Sequence record: MH791398.1
Direction: 5' to 3' (one strand)
DNA: 64,000 nucleotides
Shown here: positions 27,089 to 36,366 of the stretch, piece by piece
How positions within the stretch are numbered: the stretch's first letter is position 1
Layout: the number at the start of each line of letters is the position of its first letter
Made by a program: the position numbers and the translations under genes
The notes under the pieces: generated by a model
What the model was told of the DNA's origin: nothing
The model's input: the letters and a program-made list of their open reading frames with translations, nothing else
The model's database searches: none

Positions 27089-28003
27089 ATGAACGCTTAT
27101 ATCACTATCGGTGCTAGTTCGAGTGGAAAAAGTACTTGGGCCGAAATGATGGTCAAAAAGTCACAAGGTAAGATGGTTAATATCAACCGTGATGATACTC
27201 GTCGTAGCCTGTTCCAGATCAAGAGCTGGAAGGGTTATAACTTCGGGAAAGACCGTGAGGCTCTGGTTACTGATGTTAACTGGCGCAAGGTTCTTGCTGC
27301 ACACGAGGCCGGAAAACAAGTTGTTATCTCTGATACAAACCTGAATGAAAAGTTTCGTAAGGTTATGATCGGTCAACTTAAGGAACTGGGGTATAATGTG
27401 ACGCTGGTTTGGTTTCCTGTTCCGATGGAAGAACTGAAACGCCGTAATTCCACTCGTGGTGGTTGGTCTGTAAATGATTCCGTTCTGGATCGTATGGTTA
27501 CCCAGTTTGATGACCAATTCCATCGTTATGAGGTTTATGGTGGAATTGTTGTTGATTATGAACCAAAGGTAACATATACTCCTGATGAATCTCTTCCGAT
27601 GGCAGTTATCTTTGATGTTGATGGTACTATAGCAGAAAAGAATGACCGAGATCCGTTTGATTGGGCTCGTGTCAAGGAAGACACCCCTCGTCATACAGTT
27701 ATCCAATATGCACAACTTCTGAAATATCGTGGTTATGTTATCATTGTTGCGTCTGGTCGTGATGGTGTATGTATGCAGGACACTTATGACTGGTGTATTA
27801 AGCATGGTATGCCTATCGACGTTCATATCCAACGAGAACAAGGAGATCAACGTTCTGATAAGATCATCAAAGAGGAACTGTTCTGGCGTCATATCGCACC
27901 ATACTATAACGTAACCCATTGCGTTGATGATCGAGACCAAGTTGTTAAAATGTGGCGTGACCTTGGTATCGAATGTTTTCAGGTTCAACCCGGAGACTTT
28001 TAA
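27089..28003 (+). CDS. pseT: Polynucleotide 5'-kinase / 3'-phosphatase
   Basis: P-loop GASSSGKST, NRDDTR, HAD FDVDGT, SGRD, and VDDRDQVVKMWRDLGIECFQV. Confidence 0.96.
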   Translation: MNAYITIGASSSGKSTWAEMMVKKSQGKMVNINRDDTRRSLFQIKSWKGYNFGKDREALVTDVNWRKVLAAHEAGKQVVISDTNLNEKFRKVMIGQLKELGYNVTLVWFPVPMEELKRRNSTRGGWSVNDSVLDRMVTQFDDQFHRYEVYGGIVVDYEPKVTYTPDESLPMAVIFDVDGTIAEKNDRDPFDWARVKEDTPRHTVIQYAQLLKYRGYVIIVASGRDGVCMQDTYDWCIKHGMPIDVHIQREQGDQRSDKIIKEELFWRHIAPYYNVTHCVDDRDQVVKMWRDLGIECFQVQPGDF

Positions 28004-28004
28004 T

Positions 28005-28202
28005 ATGAACTGGTTTACAAAAAAGAGAAAATCTAAAGGGGAACGCCTGAAAGCTCAGGCTACCCACACTGATGATTTTGGTGCATTATACAAGTATGTA
28101 AACGGTCGTCTGTTTCATTTCAGACGACACCCCTACTTGGATGACATTTGTGTTTGGGGAATTATTAACCTCCCCAAAGACCACAAGATCTATAAGAGGT
28201 AA
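28005..28202 (+). CDS. Hypothetical protein
   Basis: ATG at 28005 after a GGAG SD. Confidence 0.5.
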   Translation: MNWFTKKRKSKGERLKAQATHTDDFGALYKYVNGRLFHFRRHPYLDDICVWGIINLPKDHKIYKR

Positions 28203-28203
28203 T

Positions 28204-28755
28204 ATGGTAAAATATCTTCTTTTATGTCTTTTAATCTCTACTCCTTTACATTCAGAGGTTTTAGATACTCAGAGGGTATGGAGAGAACATATCATAAATG
28301 ATGCTGCTTCGTTGAAAGAACGTCATTTGGTTGGTTCATTCCAACACCCAGATTACGAAGATGATATTGACCTTCCGTATATGCTTCATATAGGCTCTAT
28401 ACAGGCTCATAGGGCATTTTATCTTAATCTGACAACCATGAAGACAGACATACACCCGAAAGCTCCTATAACCGTTTCTATTGGCGATAACGAAGCAACT
28501 TATAGTTCTCAGAACTCAAGTTTTAAAGGGGTTGCTTCCACAATAAGAAATTCGGACTCTTCCATTGCGTTGAAGCTTTTTTCTTACGATGAACTGTATG
28601 GATGTACAGGATCTTATAGAATGCTATGGGAATCGGATTATATTTCTGTACGGTATGTTACGCCTGCACTAGAACATAGGTCATTAACGTTAGATCTGAA
28701 AGGTCTCATTGAGACTATGGAGTATGTCTATGGGATCCCAGAAACGTGTAAATAA
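28204..28755 (+). CDS. Hypothetical exported protein
   Basis: Signal-peptide-like MVKYLLLCLLISTPLHSE; GAGG SD. Confidence 0.6.
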   Translation: MVKYLLLCLLISTPLHSEVLDTQRVWREHIINDAASLKERHLVGSFQHPDYEDDIDLPYMLHIGSIQAHRAFYLNLTTMKTDIHPKAPITVSIGDNEATYSSQNSSFKGVASTIRNSDSSIALKLFSYDELYGCTGSYRMLWESDYISVRYVTPALEHRSLTLDLKGLIETMEYVYGIPETCK

Positions 28756-28808
28756 TTAAATGGTGGTCAATGATGTGATATGATCACCAGTGAAATAGGA
28801 GATTAATC

Positions 28809-29090
28809 ATGTTTGCATTGACATTTTCCGACGAATCAGGAAAAACACATTTAATTTTTCAAAATGAACGGGCTCTACTCTTTAAGTCAAAAAAAGAAGC
28901 CGAAGACTATGAACGCGATATATTCGTTCCTTACTTGGAAACTTCCATAGAGAAAGGGGTATTGGTTAAGAAACGCCCAATTCTTGGTGATGTTTATAAA
29001 CCATTATCTCAAGAAGAAATCCGAAAGATGTATCAGATTGGAAGTACCATTCGTGTGCTTGAAGTCAAAGATCTAAAATATAAGAAGTGA
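28809..29090 (+). CDS. Hypothetical protein
   Basis: AGGAG SD. Confidence 0.55.
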   Translation: MFALTFSDESGKTHLIFQNERALLFKSKKEAEDYERDIFVPYLETSIEKGVLVKKRPILGDVYKPLSQEEIRKMYQIGSTIRVLEVKDLKYKK

Positions 29091-29100
29091 GAATTTTGAT

Positions 29101-29325
29101 ATGAGTTTTGAAAACGATGTTAAAGAACTAATTCGACGGTTTGATAATTCAGTTCCTCCCCCTTTTCGAGTTGGGGTTATGAAGAAATCCGACACGGTTT
29201 TTGAGATTGCGGTCGTTGATCCTTTTGGTCAACCTATCCAAATCTTTACCGTTTATGAGTATAAAGATAAGGTTTATTATTGTCATGGACAACAATATAA
29301 ATCACCAGAAAAGGATATCAACTAA
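29101..29325 (+). CDS. Hypothetical protein
   Basis: Packed in the operon. Confidence 0.55.
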   Translation: MSFENDVKELIRRFDNSVPPPFRVGVMKKSDTVFEIAVVDPFGQPIQIFTVYEYKDKVYYCHGQQYKSPEKDIN

Positions 29326-29849
29326 TGAAGATTAAAACTCTGGTTACTATGGCATTGGCTGTGAGTAATGAAAGTAAATGCCCTAGCCATAAGGTGGGAA
29401 CCGTTATCGTTAAAGATGGTCGGGTTATTTCTACTGGGTATAATGGTACTCGTGCGGGTGGTATTAATCCTGATGAACATGCTATTAATATGAAATGGGC
29501 TGGATTCCAACGTGGAATGGTGCGCCTTTATCCAGAACACGAAGAGGAATATAGTAACTGGGCTAATATCCATGTTGTTCATAGTGAAATGAATGCCCTT
29601 CTATATGCAGCCCGCGCTGGTCAGTCGGTTGATGGTGCTACGTTGGTAACGTCTCTTAGTCCGTGTTCTAACTGTGCAAAGCATATGGCAGCGGCTGGGA
29701 TCAAGAAAGTTATTTATCATACCCGTTATAGTAAATCTCCTGATGGGTGGGAGAAGATACTTGAGGATCAGGGTATAGAAGTAGTCCATTGTGGTGATGT
29801 AATTGATTTTAACAATTATGCGGTTCGAGTAAACCGCATTCAAAAGTGA
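29325..29849 (+). CDS. cd: dCMP deaminase
   Basis: SKCPSHKVG, STGYNGT, HSEMNAL and SPCSNCAK. Confidence 0.95.
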   Translation: MKIKTLVTMALAVSNESKCPSHKVGTVIVKDGRVISTGYNGTRAGGINPDEHAINMKWAGFQRGMVRLYPEHEEEYSNWANIHVVHSEMNALLYAARAGQSVDGATLVTSLSPCSNCAKHMAAAGIKKVIYHTRYSKSPDGWEKILEDQGIEVVHCGDVIDFNNYAVRVNRIQK

Positions 29850-29860
29850 GAGATAATAAA

Positions 29861-30265
29861 ATGAGTGATTCTTTTATGCGTCAGGCCCTAGTTGAACAAG
29901 AGCCCCGTAGTTATGAAAACCTAACTGATGTACAGAAAGTTTTCTTCAAATCTGTTGTTGAGGAAGTTCTTCATTCCGGAGTCGTCGATTTGGTTTTTGA
30001 AAAGGTTGATGGTACTATCCGTGGTGGTCAAGCAACTTTGGATACTGAGGTAATTGTTGAAGCTATTGGTAAACCTACCGAAGGTAGTTCCGAATCCAAA
30101 CCTCGTAAAGTAAATCCAGATGTTGTTCGCTTCTTTGATGTGGACAAGGGTGCATTTCGGACATTTAAACTTAGCAATTTGATTCAAGTTGGATTTACCA
30201 CTGTTGGTGATATTCATCATATGATAGAAGCTATGAGCTTGGGTGTGGTTGATATCGATGTTTAA
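29861..30265 (+). CDS. T4 31.1-like (WYL_2/DUF2693-type) protein
   Basis: LVFEKVDGTIRGGQATLD...FFDVDKGAFRTFKLSNL; lies between cd and 31. Confidence 0.7.
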   Translation: MSDSFMRQALVEQEPRSYENLTDVQKVFFKSVVEEVLHSGVVDLVFEKVDGTIRGGQATLDTEVIVEAIGKPTEGSSESKPRKVNPDVVRFFDVDKGAFRTFKLSNLIQVGFTTVGDIHHMIEAMSLGVVDIDV

Positions 30266-30509
30266 AATCGAAGTTCAACCAAGTCGAGAACTGTGTTATC
30301 ATGATTTCGTTGATATGTTTGAAGGTGAGGTATTAAGTGTACCAACCCTTCATAAAATGAACCTTATTATTAGTGAAATAGAACACAGAAATATTTGTAG
30401 GACGGGTCATTCATATACAAAAGATTATATGGTTATCGATCAAGACCTATTTTTGATGAAACGGTATTTTAATGAAATCTCATACAAATTATTAAATGGA
30501 TACCAATAA
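30258..30509 (+). CDS. Hypothetical protein
   Basis: Overlaps the upstream stop. Confidence 0.45.
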   Translation: MFKIEVQPSRELCYHDFVDMFEGEVLSVPTLHKMNLIISEIEHRNICRTGHSYTKDYMVIDQDLFLMKRYFNEISYKLLNGYQ

Positions 30510-30554
30510 CATGCTATACTCGTTGTATATAAACCAATAAAAAGAGAAAACGAA

Positions 30555-30932
30555 ATGCAACAAAAAATCGACCAAAGTAAACTTGGATTTAAAGCTATGG
30601 GTGATCATCTCATCCTGCGATGTGAAGCCGCTCGGGCGGGGGAAGAAGAAAAATCGTCTGCTGGTATTGTTCTTGCTACGGCAACCCAAAACAAGCAAGG
30701 TGGTATTCCTACCCATGGGGTCATCGTCTCTGTTGGTGGTAATTGCCCTAAAGACTTCAATGAAATGATTGGTGCCGAGGTTGCCCTACCAACTACCGGT
30801 AATTTCGCTAAATTCTGGGATCCTCGTGTAATTCGAAAAGAATTGAAAGAAGATAGCGGAAAAGATATCATCTATGTTACCTGTCATCATCTGGCTGTGC
30901 GTGGTGTTTACACTCACACAGATAAAGAATAA
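30555..30932 (+). CDS. 31: Co-chaperonin gp31 (GroES analogue)
   Basis: FKAMGDHLILRCEA...EEKSSAGIVL...IPTHGVIVSVGGNCP...HHLAV. Confidence 0.92.
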   Translation: MQQKIDQSKLGFKAMGDHLILRCEAARAGEEEKSSAGIVLATATQNKQGGIPTHGVIVSVGGNCPKDFNEMIGAEVALPTTGNFAKFWDPRVIRKELKEDSGKDIIYVTCHHLAVRGVYTHTDKE

Positions 30933-31046
30933 TGGAAACTTCTTGCATCTTTCAATGGATTAAAGAAAATCCAGAAGAATACCAAAAGATCTTGACAGAA
31001 GAAATTGATAAAGAAATCATCGAAAATTTAAAAAAGGAAATACAAA

Positions 31047-31262
31047 ATGGCAAAGCAAAAGAAAGCAGTACAAAAAGTTGAAGAGAAGAAACTGACCGGT
31101 CGTCAGGGTTATAAGCGCAAATCAAACGGTCGTGTTGACCAGTTCGGTGATGCACTCCGGGCTCGTGTTCGTCGGGCTATGAAAGCAGAAGCGTTTGCTT
31201 CCAAGTCCCTTTCCCATGGTACTAAGGAAGTGCTTTCACAAGCAGTATCCTTCAAGTTTTAA
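31047..31262 (+). CDS. Small basic protein, T4 30.9-like
   Basis: MAKQKKAV...GYKRKSNGRV...RARVRR; position downstream of 31. Confidence 0.75.
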   Translation: MAKQKKAVQKVEEKKLTGRQGYKRKSNGRVDQFGDALRARVRRAMKAEAFASKSLSHGTKEVLSQAVSFKF

Positions 31263-31265
31263 AAG

Positions 31266-31289
31266 AAAGCCCCTTAATTGGGGCTTTTT
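31266..31289 (+). terminator. Rho-independent terminator
   Basis: AAAGCCCC-TTAATT-GGGGCTTTTT. Confidence 0.8.
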
Positions 31290-31348
31290 GTTATTGACAT
31301 CATTAAAAAACCAAGTAAAATAGGCCATACAAACTAAGGAGAATTGTT

Positions 31349-31579
31349 ATGAAGGTTGTTGTTACCCGCGAACAGTTTATCAAAGCCCATCTGAATTATG
31401 TGAATAGTAAAGAAAGGGATGAACTTGATAAACTTCTTGGTTTCCCTGTGAGTATTTCGACTGCAAATCAACTTTTCTTGGACATCAATACCTTGTTTGT
31501 TTTTGATATCAAACATGTAGAAATAGACTTTGTTGATTTCGCTTACTTGGCTCCTTTCTGGCCCAAGAAAAAGAATTGA
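31349..31579 (+). CDS. Hypothetical early protein
   Basis: AAGGAG SD; TTGACA promoter directly after the terminator. Confidence 0.6.
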   Translation: MKVVVTREQFIKAHLNYVNSKERDELDKLLGFPVSISTANQLFLDINTLFVFDIKHVEIDFVDFAYLAPFWPKKKN

Positions 31580-31587
31580 AAAACCTG

Positions 31588-31616
31588 TTGCAATCCGTGT
31601 TTGGTTTTGAGATACT
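31588..31616 (+). promoter_or_regulatory. Early promoter
   Basis: TTGCAA-N17-GATACT with an extended -10 TG. Confidence 0.6.
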
Positions 31617-31661
31617 AATCCCGTAGACAGAAAAGACATTCGAAACATTGGGAGATTTATT

Positions 31662-31889
31662 ATGACTACTATGACTGTTCAATTCGTATTTGGTACTCGT
31701 TCTGCTGCTCGTGCTGTGTCCTTCGGTAAAATGACCGACAACGGTAAAGATTCCACTAATCGTTGGGGTCGGTCCGTCACTGTTAATGTAGAAAAGAAAA
31801 CTCCGATGACCCTGACCCGTACTGGTCGTCGTGGTCCTTCCACCCAGACCACCGTGGTTGTTAAGAAAATGAAAACCATGGTTCGCTAA
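31662..31889 (+). CDS. Small very basic, Thr-rich early protein
   Basis: GGGAGA SD; rich in R/K/T with few acidic residues. Confidence 0.65.
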   Translation: MTTMTVQFVFGTRSAARAVSFGKMTDNGKDSTNRWGRSVTVNVEKKTPMTLTRTGRRGPSTQTTVVVKKMKTMVR

Positions 31890-31899
31890 GGATAAATTT

Positions 31900-32271
31900 A
31901 TGGATATTATCAACGCAGCGGTATTTTGCTCGATTTTCTTTGTTATTGTATTTTTAATAATGTGTTGTTTTGAAGTATACCGTGGAAGAAAGCTTGAAAA
32001 TCTCCCATCTCATTATAAGCAAGCTTTAAGTGAAGCTGGGTATGCCTTGTATTGTGATTACAAAAACAAGTTTTTTAAGTTTAACAAGTGGGGGATCCGG
32101 AAACATTCAGAGCAGAAACCAATTGTTCTAATGACTGCGGACGACCTTTATCCAAAGTTGAAAGGTTGCTTTACGTACACAACAAACAAGATTTATGTTG
32201 ACATCAACAAGATCGATTTATTGTATAAATCTTGTAATACACTAAAACAAAAGCCATTGAAGGAGTGGTAA
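31900..32271 (+). CDS. Hypothetical membrane-anchored protein
   Basis: N-terminal TM segment AAVFCSIFFVIVFLIMCCF. Confidence 0.55.
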   Translation: MDIINAAVFCSIFFVIVFLIMCCFEVYRGRKLENLPSHYKQALSEAGYALYCDYKNKFFKFNKWGIRKHSEQKPIVLMTADDLYPKLKGCFTYTTNKIYVDINKIDLLYKSCNTLKQKPLKEW

Positions 32272-32272
32272 A

Positions 32273-33265
32273 ATGGAAAAATATCTTGTTGGTGGTGCAG
32301 TTCGAGATCAAATAATGGGGAAACCGGTCAAAGACCGTGATTGGGTTGTTGTAGGTTCCACAAAAGAAGAAATGGAGGGTCTTGGTTATAAGTGTGTCGG
32401 TGCTCATTTCCCAGTATACCTTGACAATGATGGTGAAGAGATCGCATTGGCTCGTACAGAGGTATCAACTGGTATTGGGTACAACGATTTTCAGGTCGAT
32501 TTCAACCCAGATGTAACTATCGAAGAAGACCTATACCGTCGAGATTTCACCATAAACGCTATCGCGTATGACCCCATAAACTCTGTTTATATCGATCCTT
32601 ATCATGGTATCCAAGATATTGGAAAGAAACTGATTCGTATGGTAAACCCATATGCGTTTCGTGATGATCCTCTTCGTGTTTTCCGTGCAATTCGTTTTGC
32701 TGGACGCTACGGATTCAAGATGGAACCAGAAACTGAAAAGGCAGTAACCGATATGATTGTTGGTGGTGCTTTGGATATGGTATCTAAAGAACGGGTATTC
32801 ATTGAGTTCATGAAGTGTATGGAAGATATGAGCCATGTTGATGTGTTCATGGGTATACTTCGGGAACTCGACGTGGTAGAATTCTTTGGGTTCGATCGGG
32901 ATTTTGTTAAGAACCTCAGTAAAGATGGAAAGACCTATACAGATAGCACCATTGCAGACCTTTGCTATTACTGTGAAGATTTTGATAGTTATTTGAAGGT
33001 TCATGAGAAACTACATCTTACTTCATATCAACGGATGGAAGCGGAGATGTACTACTTTTCTGGGTCTCGGTTCGAAGTTCTCGATTATGCGGGTGCAACT
33101 CACGACACACCGAAGCTTCACTATGCATTGATGCACCAACCGATTCGTCAAGAACACATCGATTTGTGGCGATCTGTAAGTGCTAAGGACTTCCCAGAAC
33201 TCCAAGGAAAAGAACTTGGTAAAGCAATAAAACAGCGTCGTAAGGAATTGATTGATGAAGTATAA
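32273..33265 (+). CDS. cca: Class II tRNA nucleotidyltransferase (CCA-adding enzyme) without the C-terminal HD domain
   Basis: YLVGGAVRD, DRD, ALARTE, EEDLYRRDFTINAIA and DDPLRVFRAIRF. Confidence 0.93.
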   Translation: MEKYLVGGAVRDQIMGKPVKDRDWVVVGSTKEEMEGLGYKCVGAHFPVYLDNDGEEIALARTEVSTGIGYNDFQVDFNPDVTIEEDLYRRDFTINAIAYDPINSVYIDPYHGIQDIGKKLIRMVNPYAFRDDPLRVFRAIRFAGRYGFKMEPETEKAVTDMIVGGALDMVSKERVFIEFMKCMEDMSHVDVFMGILRELDVVEFFGFDRDFVKNLSKDGKTYTDSTIADLCYYCEDFDSYLKVHEKLHLTSYQRMEAEMYYFSGSRFEVLDYAGATHDTPKLHYALMHQPIRQEHIDLWRSVSAKDFPELQGKELGKAIKQRRKELIDEV

Positions 33266-33440
33266 AATCATTTTTCTGGTGTTTGGTATCATGGTGTTTG
33301 TAAATTCTGTTTATACAGAGTATACTGATAAGAAATTCAACGAGAATATGTTTGAATACGTTGAAGGTAATTTGGATCGAACTCATAATCGACCCGGATA
33401 TAATATGAAAATAGTAGTTGATTATCAGACTCCCGATTGA
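33255..33440 (+). CDS. Small membrane protein
   Basis: N-terminal TM helix. Confidence 0.5.
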   Translation: MKYKIIFLVFGIMVFVNSVYTEYTDKKFNENMFEYVEGNLDRTHNRPGYNMKIVVDYQTPD

Positions 33441-33474
33441 TATAATTGTTTTGAACTTACGAGAGAGATAAAAC

Positions 33475-33726
33475 ATGATTCAGATTCGATATCAAGCTAG
33501 CAACTACTCCCCGGAATTGGTAACTGGTCGATACGTCCGTGAAGATTTTGATGGTGGTTATCTTGTTGTTGAAGCAGCAACAAACTTCGTCAAAGGCCCC
33601 TTTTACGGAAAGTTAGGTCATGGACCAACTCTCCGTGAATATATCACTGATGGATCAGAAATACCTCAACACGTAAAAGATGAAGCAAAGAAATTGGTTT
33701 TTCGTATGACTATTTGGGAGATTTAA
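33475..33726 (+). CDS. Hypothetical protein
   Basis: GAGAG SD. Confidence 0.55.
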   Translation: MIQIRYQASNYSPELVTGRYVREDFDGGYLVVEAATNFVKGPFYGKLGHGPTLREYITDGSEIPQHVKDEAKKLVFRMTIWEI

Positions 33727-33727
33727 A

Positions 33728-34234
33728 ATGAGTAAACATGATGCAAAAATGACTGCAATTGCCTATAGTCTGGTTTCTGATGCATTTGCAACTGTATTTG
33801 ACCGTGGTGGACGTCCTTATTTCGAGCATTGTATGGAAGTGTGTCGGAAGCTTGGCCCTAAAGCAGATGACAAGCTGAAACAGGTTGCACTTCTCCATGA
33901 TTATCTAGAGGATGTACAGAATGCAACTGCTGATGACCTTATTGAAATGGGTTTTAACCCAGAAGTAGTAAAATCGGTGGTTCTCCTGACCAAAAAACAT
34001 GGTAACGATTATAAAGACCCTGTGGTTTATGAATCTTACCTTCAAGGTATCGAATCCAACCGGATGGCGTGTCTTGTAAAGATGTGTGACTTCCGTCATA
34101 ATAGTGACCTACGTCGCCTCAAGGGAGTAACCGAAAAAGATATGAAACGTTCCTTCAAATATCAGGAGGGGTTCTATCGTCTTTCTGCCGTGGCTAATCA
34201 AAATGGTTGGTCTTCTGAACAAAAAGGAATGTAA
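33728..34234 (+). CDS. HD-domain hydrolase, small alarmone hydrolase (RelA/SpoT HD, Mesh1-like) type
   Basis: GRPYFEHCMEV, ALLHDYLED, VVLLTK and LVKMCDFRHN. Confidence 0.8.
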   Translation: MSKHDAKMTAIAYSLVSDAFATVFDRGGRPYFEHCMEVCRKLGPKADDKLKQVALLHDYLEDVQNATADDLIEMGFNPEVVKSVVLLTKKHGNDYKDPVVYESYLQGIESNRMACLVKMCDFRHNSDLRRLKGVTEKDMKRSFKYQEGFYRLSAVANQNGWSSEQKGM

Positions 34235-34236
34235 AA

Positions 34237-34629
34237 ATGGGTAAAATTTTTGAAGTGATTTTTGGTGAAGCAGGTACTGGTAAAACATCTCGACTTCTAG
34301 CAAAAGCGGCTGAACAAGTGGTTATCAGTCCAGTCATTGTGTTGATTGATGAACTGGATGAACAACATGCGTTTGAACGTCTTTATGAATACGTGTCCCC
34401 AGATACAGAGACGTTTGAATTGGTTGTTTCTTCTGTCCAATCCGGTTCCAATTTCAATGGGCCTCTTGGTCTCAAAGAACAACTAGAGAAAGCGTTGGAG
34501 ACAGTACCTGATGCGACCCATGTTTTTATTGATGTGTGTGGGTATATCCCGTCTCAGGTTATTGATATCATCGGAGAACGCGAATTAATTGTAACAAAAC
34601 AGTTGATTCGTGGTGCATCAAGTATTTAA
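34237..34629 (+). CDS. Small P-loop protein
   Basis: GEAGTGKT and VLIDE. Confidence 0.6.
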   Translation: MGKIFEVIFGEAGTGKTSRLLAKAAEQVVISPVIVLIDELDEQHAFERLYEYVSPDTETFELVVSSVQSGSNFNGPLGLKEQLEKALETVPDATHVFIDVCGYIPSQVIDIIGERELIVTKQLIRGASSI

Positions 34630-34639
34630 GAGGTGATTT

Positions 34640-35080
34640 ATGACCGGTTACGTTTTATCCATGATTGGACTGTTGGTAATTCTGATCGGTCTAGTTCATT
34701 GGAATAATGCAATGGGTAAGAAATTTCGTGGTATTTTTATTGATGATATTCGAAATCCGTCTGATGTAGGTTGGGTTCATTATGACCCAGATATTCAGTG
34801 GACTATTGTTCGGACGTATTCAGACTTTAAGGATGAGATCCGGACGAACGGTATCCCGAAATATATTAGCTTTGACCACGACCTAGCTGATTATGATGAG
34901 GATGGCATTGAATATACAGGGTTGTCATGTGCAAAATATCTTGTTGATATTGCACAATATGACAACAAAGAACTCCCCGAATATATCTATTACCATACAC
35001 AAAACCCAATTGGTAAAGATAACATAAAGGGTTATATTGAAAGTTATCAAGCATTTGTGAGACGAGAACATGAAGACTAA
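34640..35080 (+). CDS. Cyclic-phosphate-processing receiver-like domain with an N-terminal TM helix
   Basis: FIDDIRNP, ISFDHDL, YTGLSCAKYL and HTQNPIG. Confidence 0.7.
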   Translation: MTGYVLSMIGLLVILIGLVHWNNAMGKKFRGIFIDDIRNPSDVGWVHYDPDIQWTIVRTYSDFKDEIRTNGIPKYISFDHDLADYDEDGIEYTGLSCAKYLVDIAQYDNKELPEYIYYHTQNPIGKDNIKGYIESYQAFVRREHED

Positions 35081-35825
35081 AGTAATTTGTGGATTTCCCG
35101 GTGCGGGGAAATCCACGGCAGTAAAATACAATAAGTTTCCTCAATATAAAATTGTGAATCTTGACAGTTCCAAATTTAAAACCAATTGGCCAAACGAATA
35201 TCTAAAAGAGATTCAGTCTCATGTAGAAAGCGGGACCTTTGATTTTATAATGGTGTCAACACATTCAGAAGTTGTGAAATTTGTTGTTGATATGGGGTAT
35301 GACGTTGAGCTTGTATACCCAGAAAAACCTGTGTATGAAAACAACCAGTGGTATCAAGATAACCAACGTTCTAAGATCAAAGAAATGTTTTTGACTCGGT
35401 ATCAAGAACGAGGGGATTCCCCAGAATTTATTGAATTTATCTCGGATAATTTCTGGACATTTGTGGATGATCTGTCTGGTGTAGTTGGAGAAAATGTAAC
35501 CCACCATCGAGTAAACACATGCCTCAACGATGTCTCATTCTTTATTTGGAGTATCTTGGGTAGTGACGGTGGATCGGAACGTTCTGTTATCTCTCATTGG
35601 GACTCATGGCAGGATGATGGTAGTTCGATTGGATTCTATGACTGTGTGCTGAAACCAGAATTTTTCGGGGACGAACTATACCAAACTATCCTTTGTGGTG
35701 TGCAGGATCCTCGTTTCTACGTGAATATAGACAGTGAAAATAGCATTCTTTCTGTGACCAACAACACAACAGAAAAAACTTTCGAATTTAACTTTAAAAT
35801 TGTATTGACAAAGAGAGAATTTTGA
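35070..35825 (+). CDS. P-loop kinase-like protein with an extra C-terminal domain
   Basis: VICGFPGAGKST; LDSS. Confidence 0.6.
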   Translation: MKTKVICGFPGAGKSTAVKYNKFPQYKIVNLDSSKFKTNWPNEYLKEIQSHVESGTFDFIMVSTHSEVVKFVVDMGYDVELVYPEKPVYENNQWYQDNQRSKIKEMFLTRYQERGDSPEFIEFISDNFWTFVDDLSGVVGENVTHHRVNTCLNDVSFFIWSILGSDGGSERSVISHWDSWQDDGSSIGFYDCVLKPEFFGDELYQTILCGVQDPRFYVNIDSENSILSVTNNTTEKTFEFNFKIVLTKREF

Positions 35826-36187
35826 TGATTTCTAAAATTAAAGATATGTTTTATAGTGACCCACTTCCACCATCTATCCCAACCACGGATGCGATGATCC
35901 AGCAGCTAGAAGATCTAAAAGAACAAGCTGAAAAACGAGCTGAAACTGATACCAATGCTATTGGGTATACGATGGTACAGATGGATGACCTCACTAATGC
36001 ATACATGAAAGACCTGAAAGATCTTGAAGCTTCTTATGAAGCACAGAAACAACTTTTGGCTAATGAACATCAACATACCATTGGTGAGTTGGAGACTGTT
36101 GTGTCTAAGTTGAAGTCGTCTAAGGTAAAATCAACTTCTATTGCTCTTACTCTTCGCACACAACTTGATATTCTCAAAGGTTGTTAA
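35822..36187 (+). CDS. Coiled-coil hypothetical protein
   Basis: Heptad-rich sequence. Confidence 0.55.
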   Translation: MMISKIKDMFYSDPLPPSIPTTDAMIQQLEDLKEQAEKRAETDTNAIGYTMVQMDDLTNAYMKDLKDLEASYEAQKQLLANEHQHTIGELETVVSKLKSSKVKSTSIALTLRTQLDILKGC

Positions 36188-36192
36188 AGTTG

Positions 36193-36223
36193 TTGACAGA
36201 GTATCCCCTGATGTGGGATACTC
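36193..36223 (+). promoter_or_regulatory. Early promoter with an internal perfect 9-bp inverted repeat
   Basis: TTGACA-N18-GATACT; GAGTATCCC-7nt-GGGATACTC. Confidence 0.7.
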
Positions 36224-36252
36224 TTTTTGTCGAAACAAACCGAGGAATAGTT

Positions 36253-36366
36253 ATGAAAATATCACTGGAAATGCTGATTGCTAAGTATGGTAAAAAAGCT
36301 CGCTTGTATGATGTTCTCATGGCAGAATTCAAAATGAACAATATTAAATGTGTAGGTAAAGTATGA
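36253..36366 (+). CDS. Small hypothetical protein
   Basis: GAGGA SD; ATG at 36253. Confidence 0.5.
   Translation: MKISLEMLIAKYGKKARLYDVLMAEFKMNNIKCVGKV

Noticed and set aside
28005-29325. Spanin genes (pseT.2/pseT.3) expected near pseT or rnlA
   Set aside because: No lipobox or typical i-spanin TM/coiled-coil pair recognised. The 28204 ORF has only a generic signal peptide.
30932-31081. Short ORF after gene 31 as an rIII homolog
   Set aside because: It is in the rIII position, but I could not match the sequence (METSCIFQWIKENPEEY...) to RIII; left unassigned.
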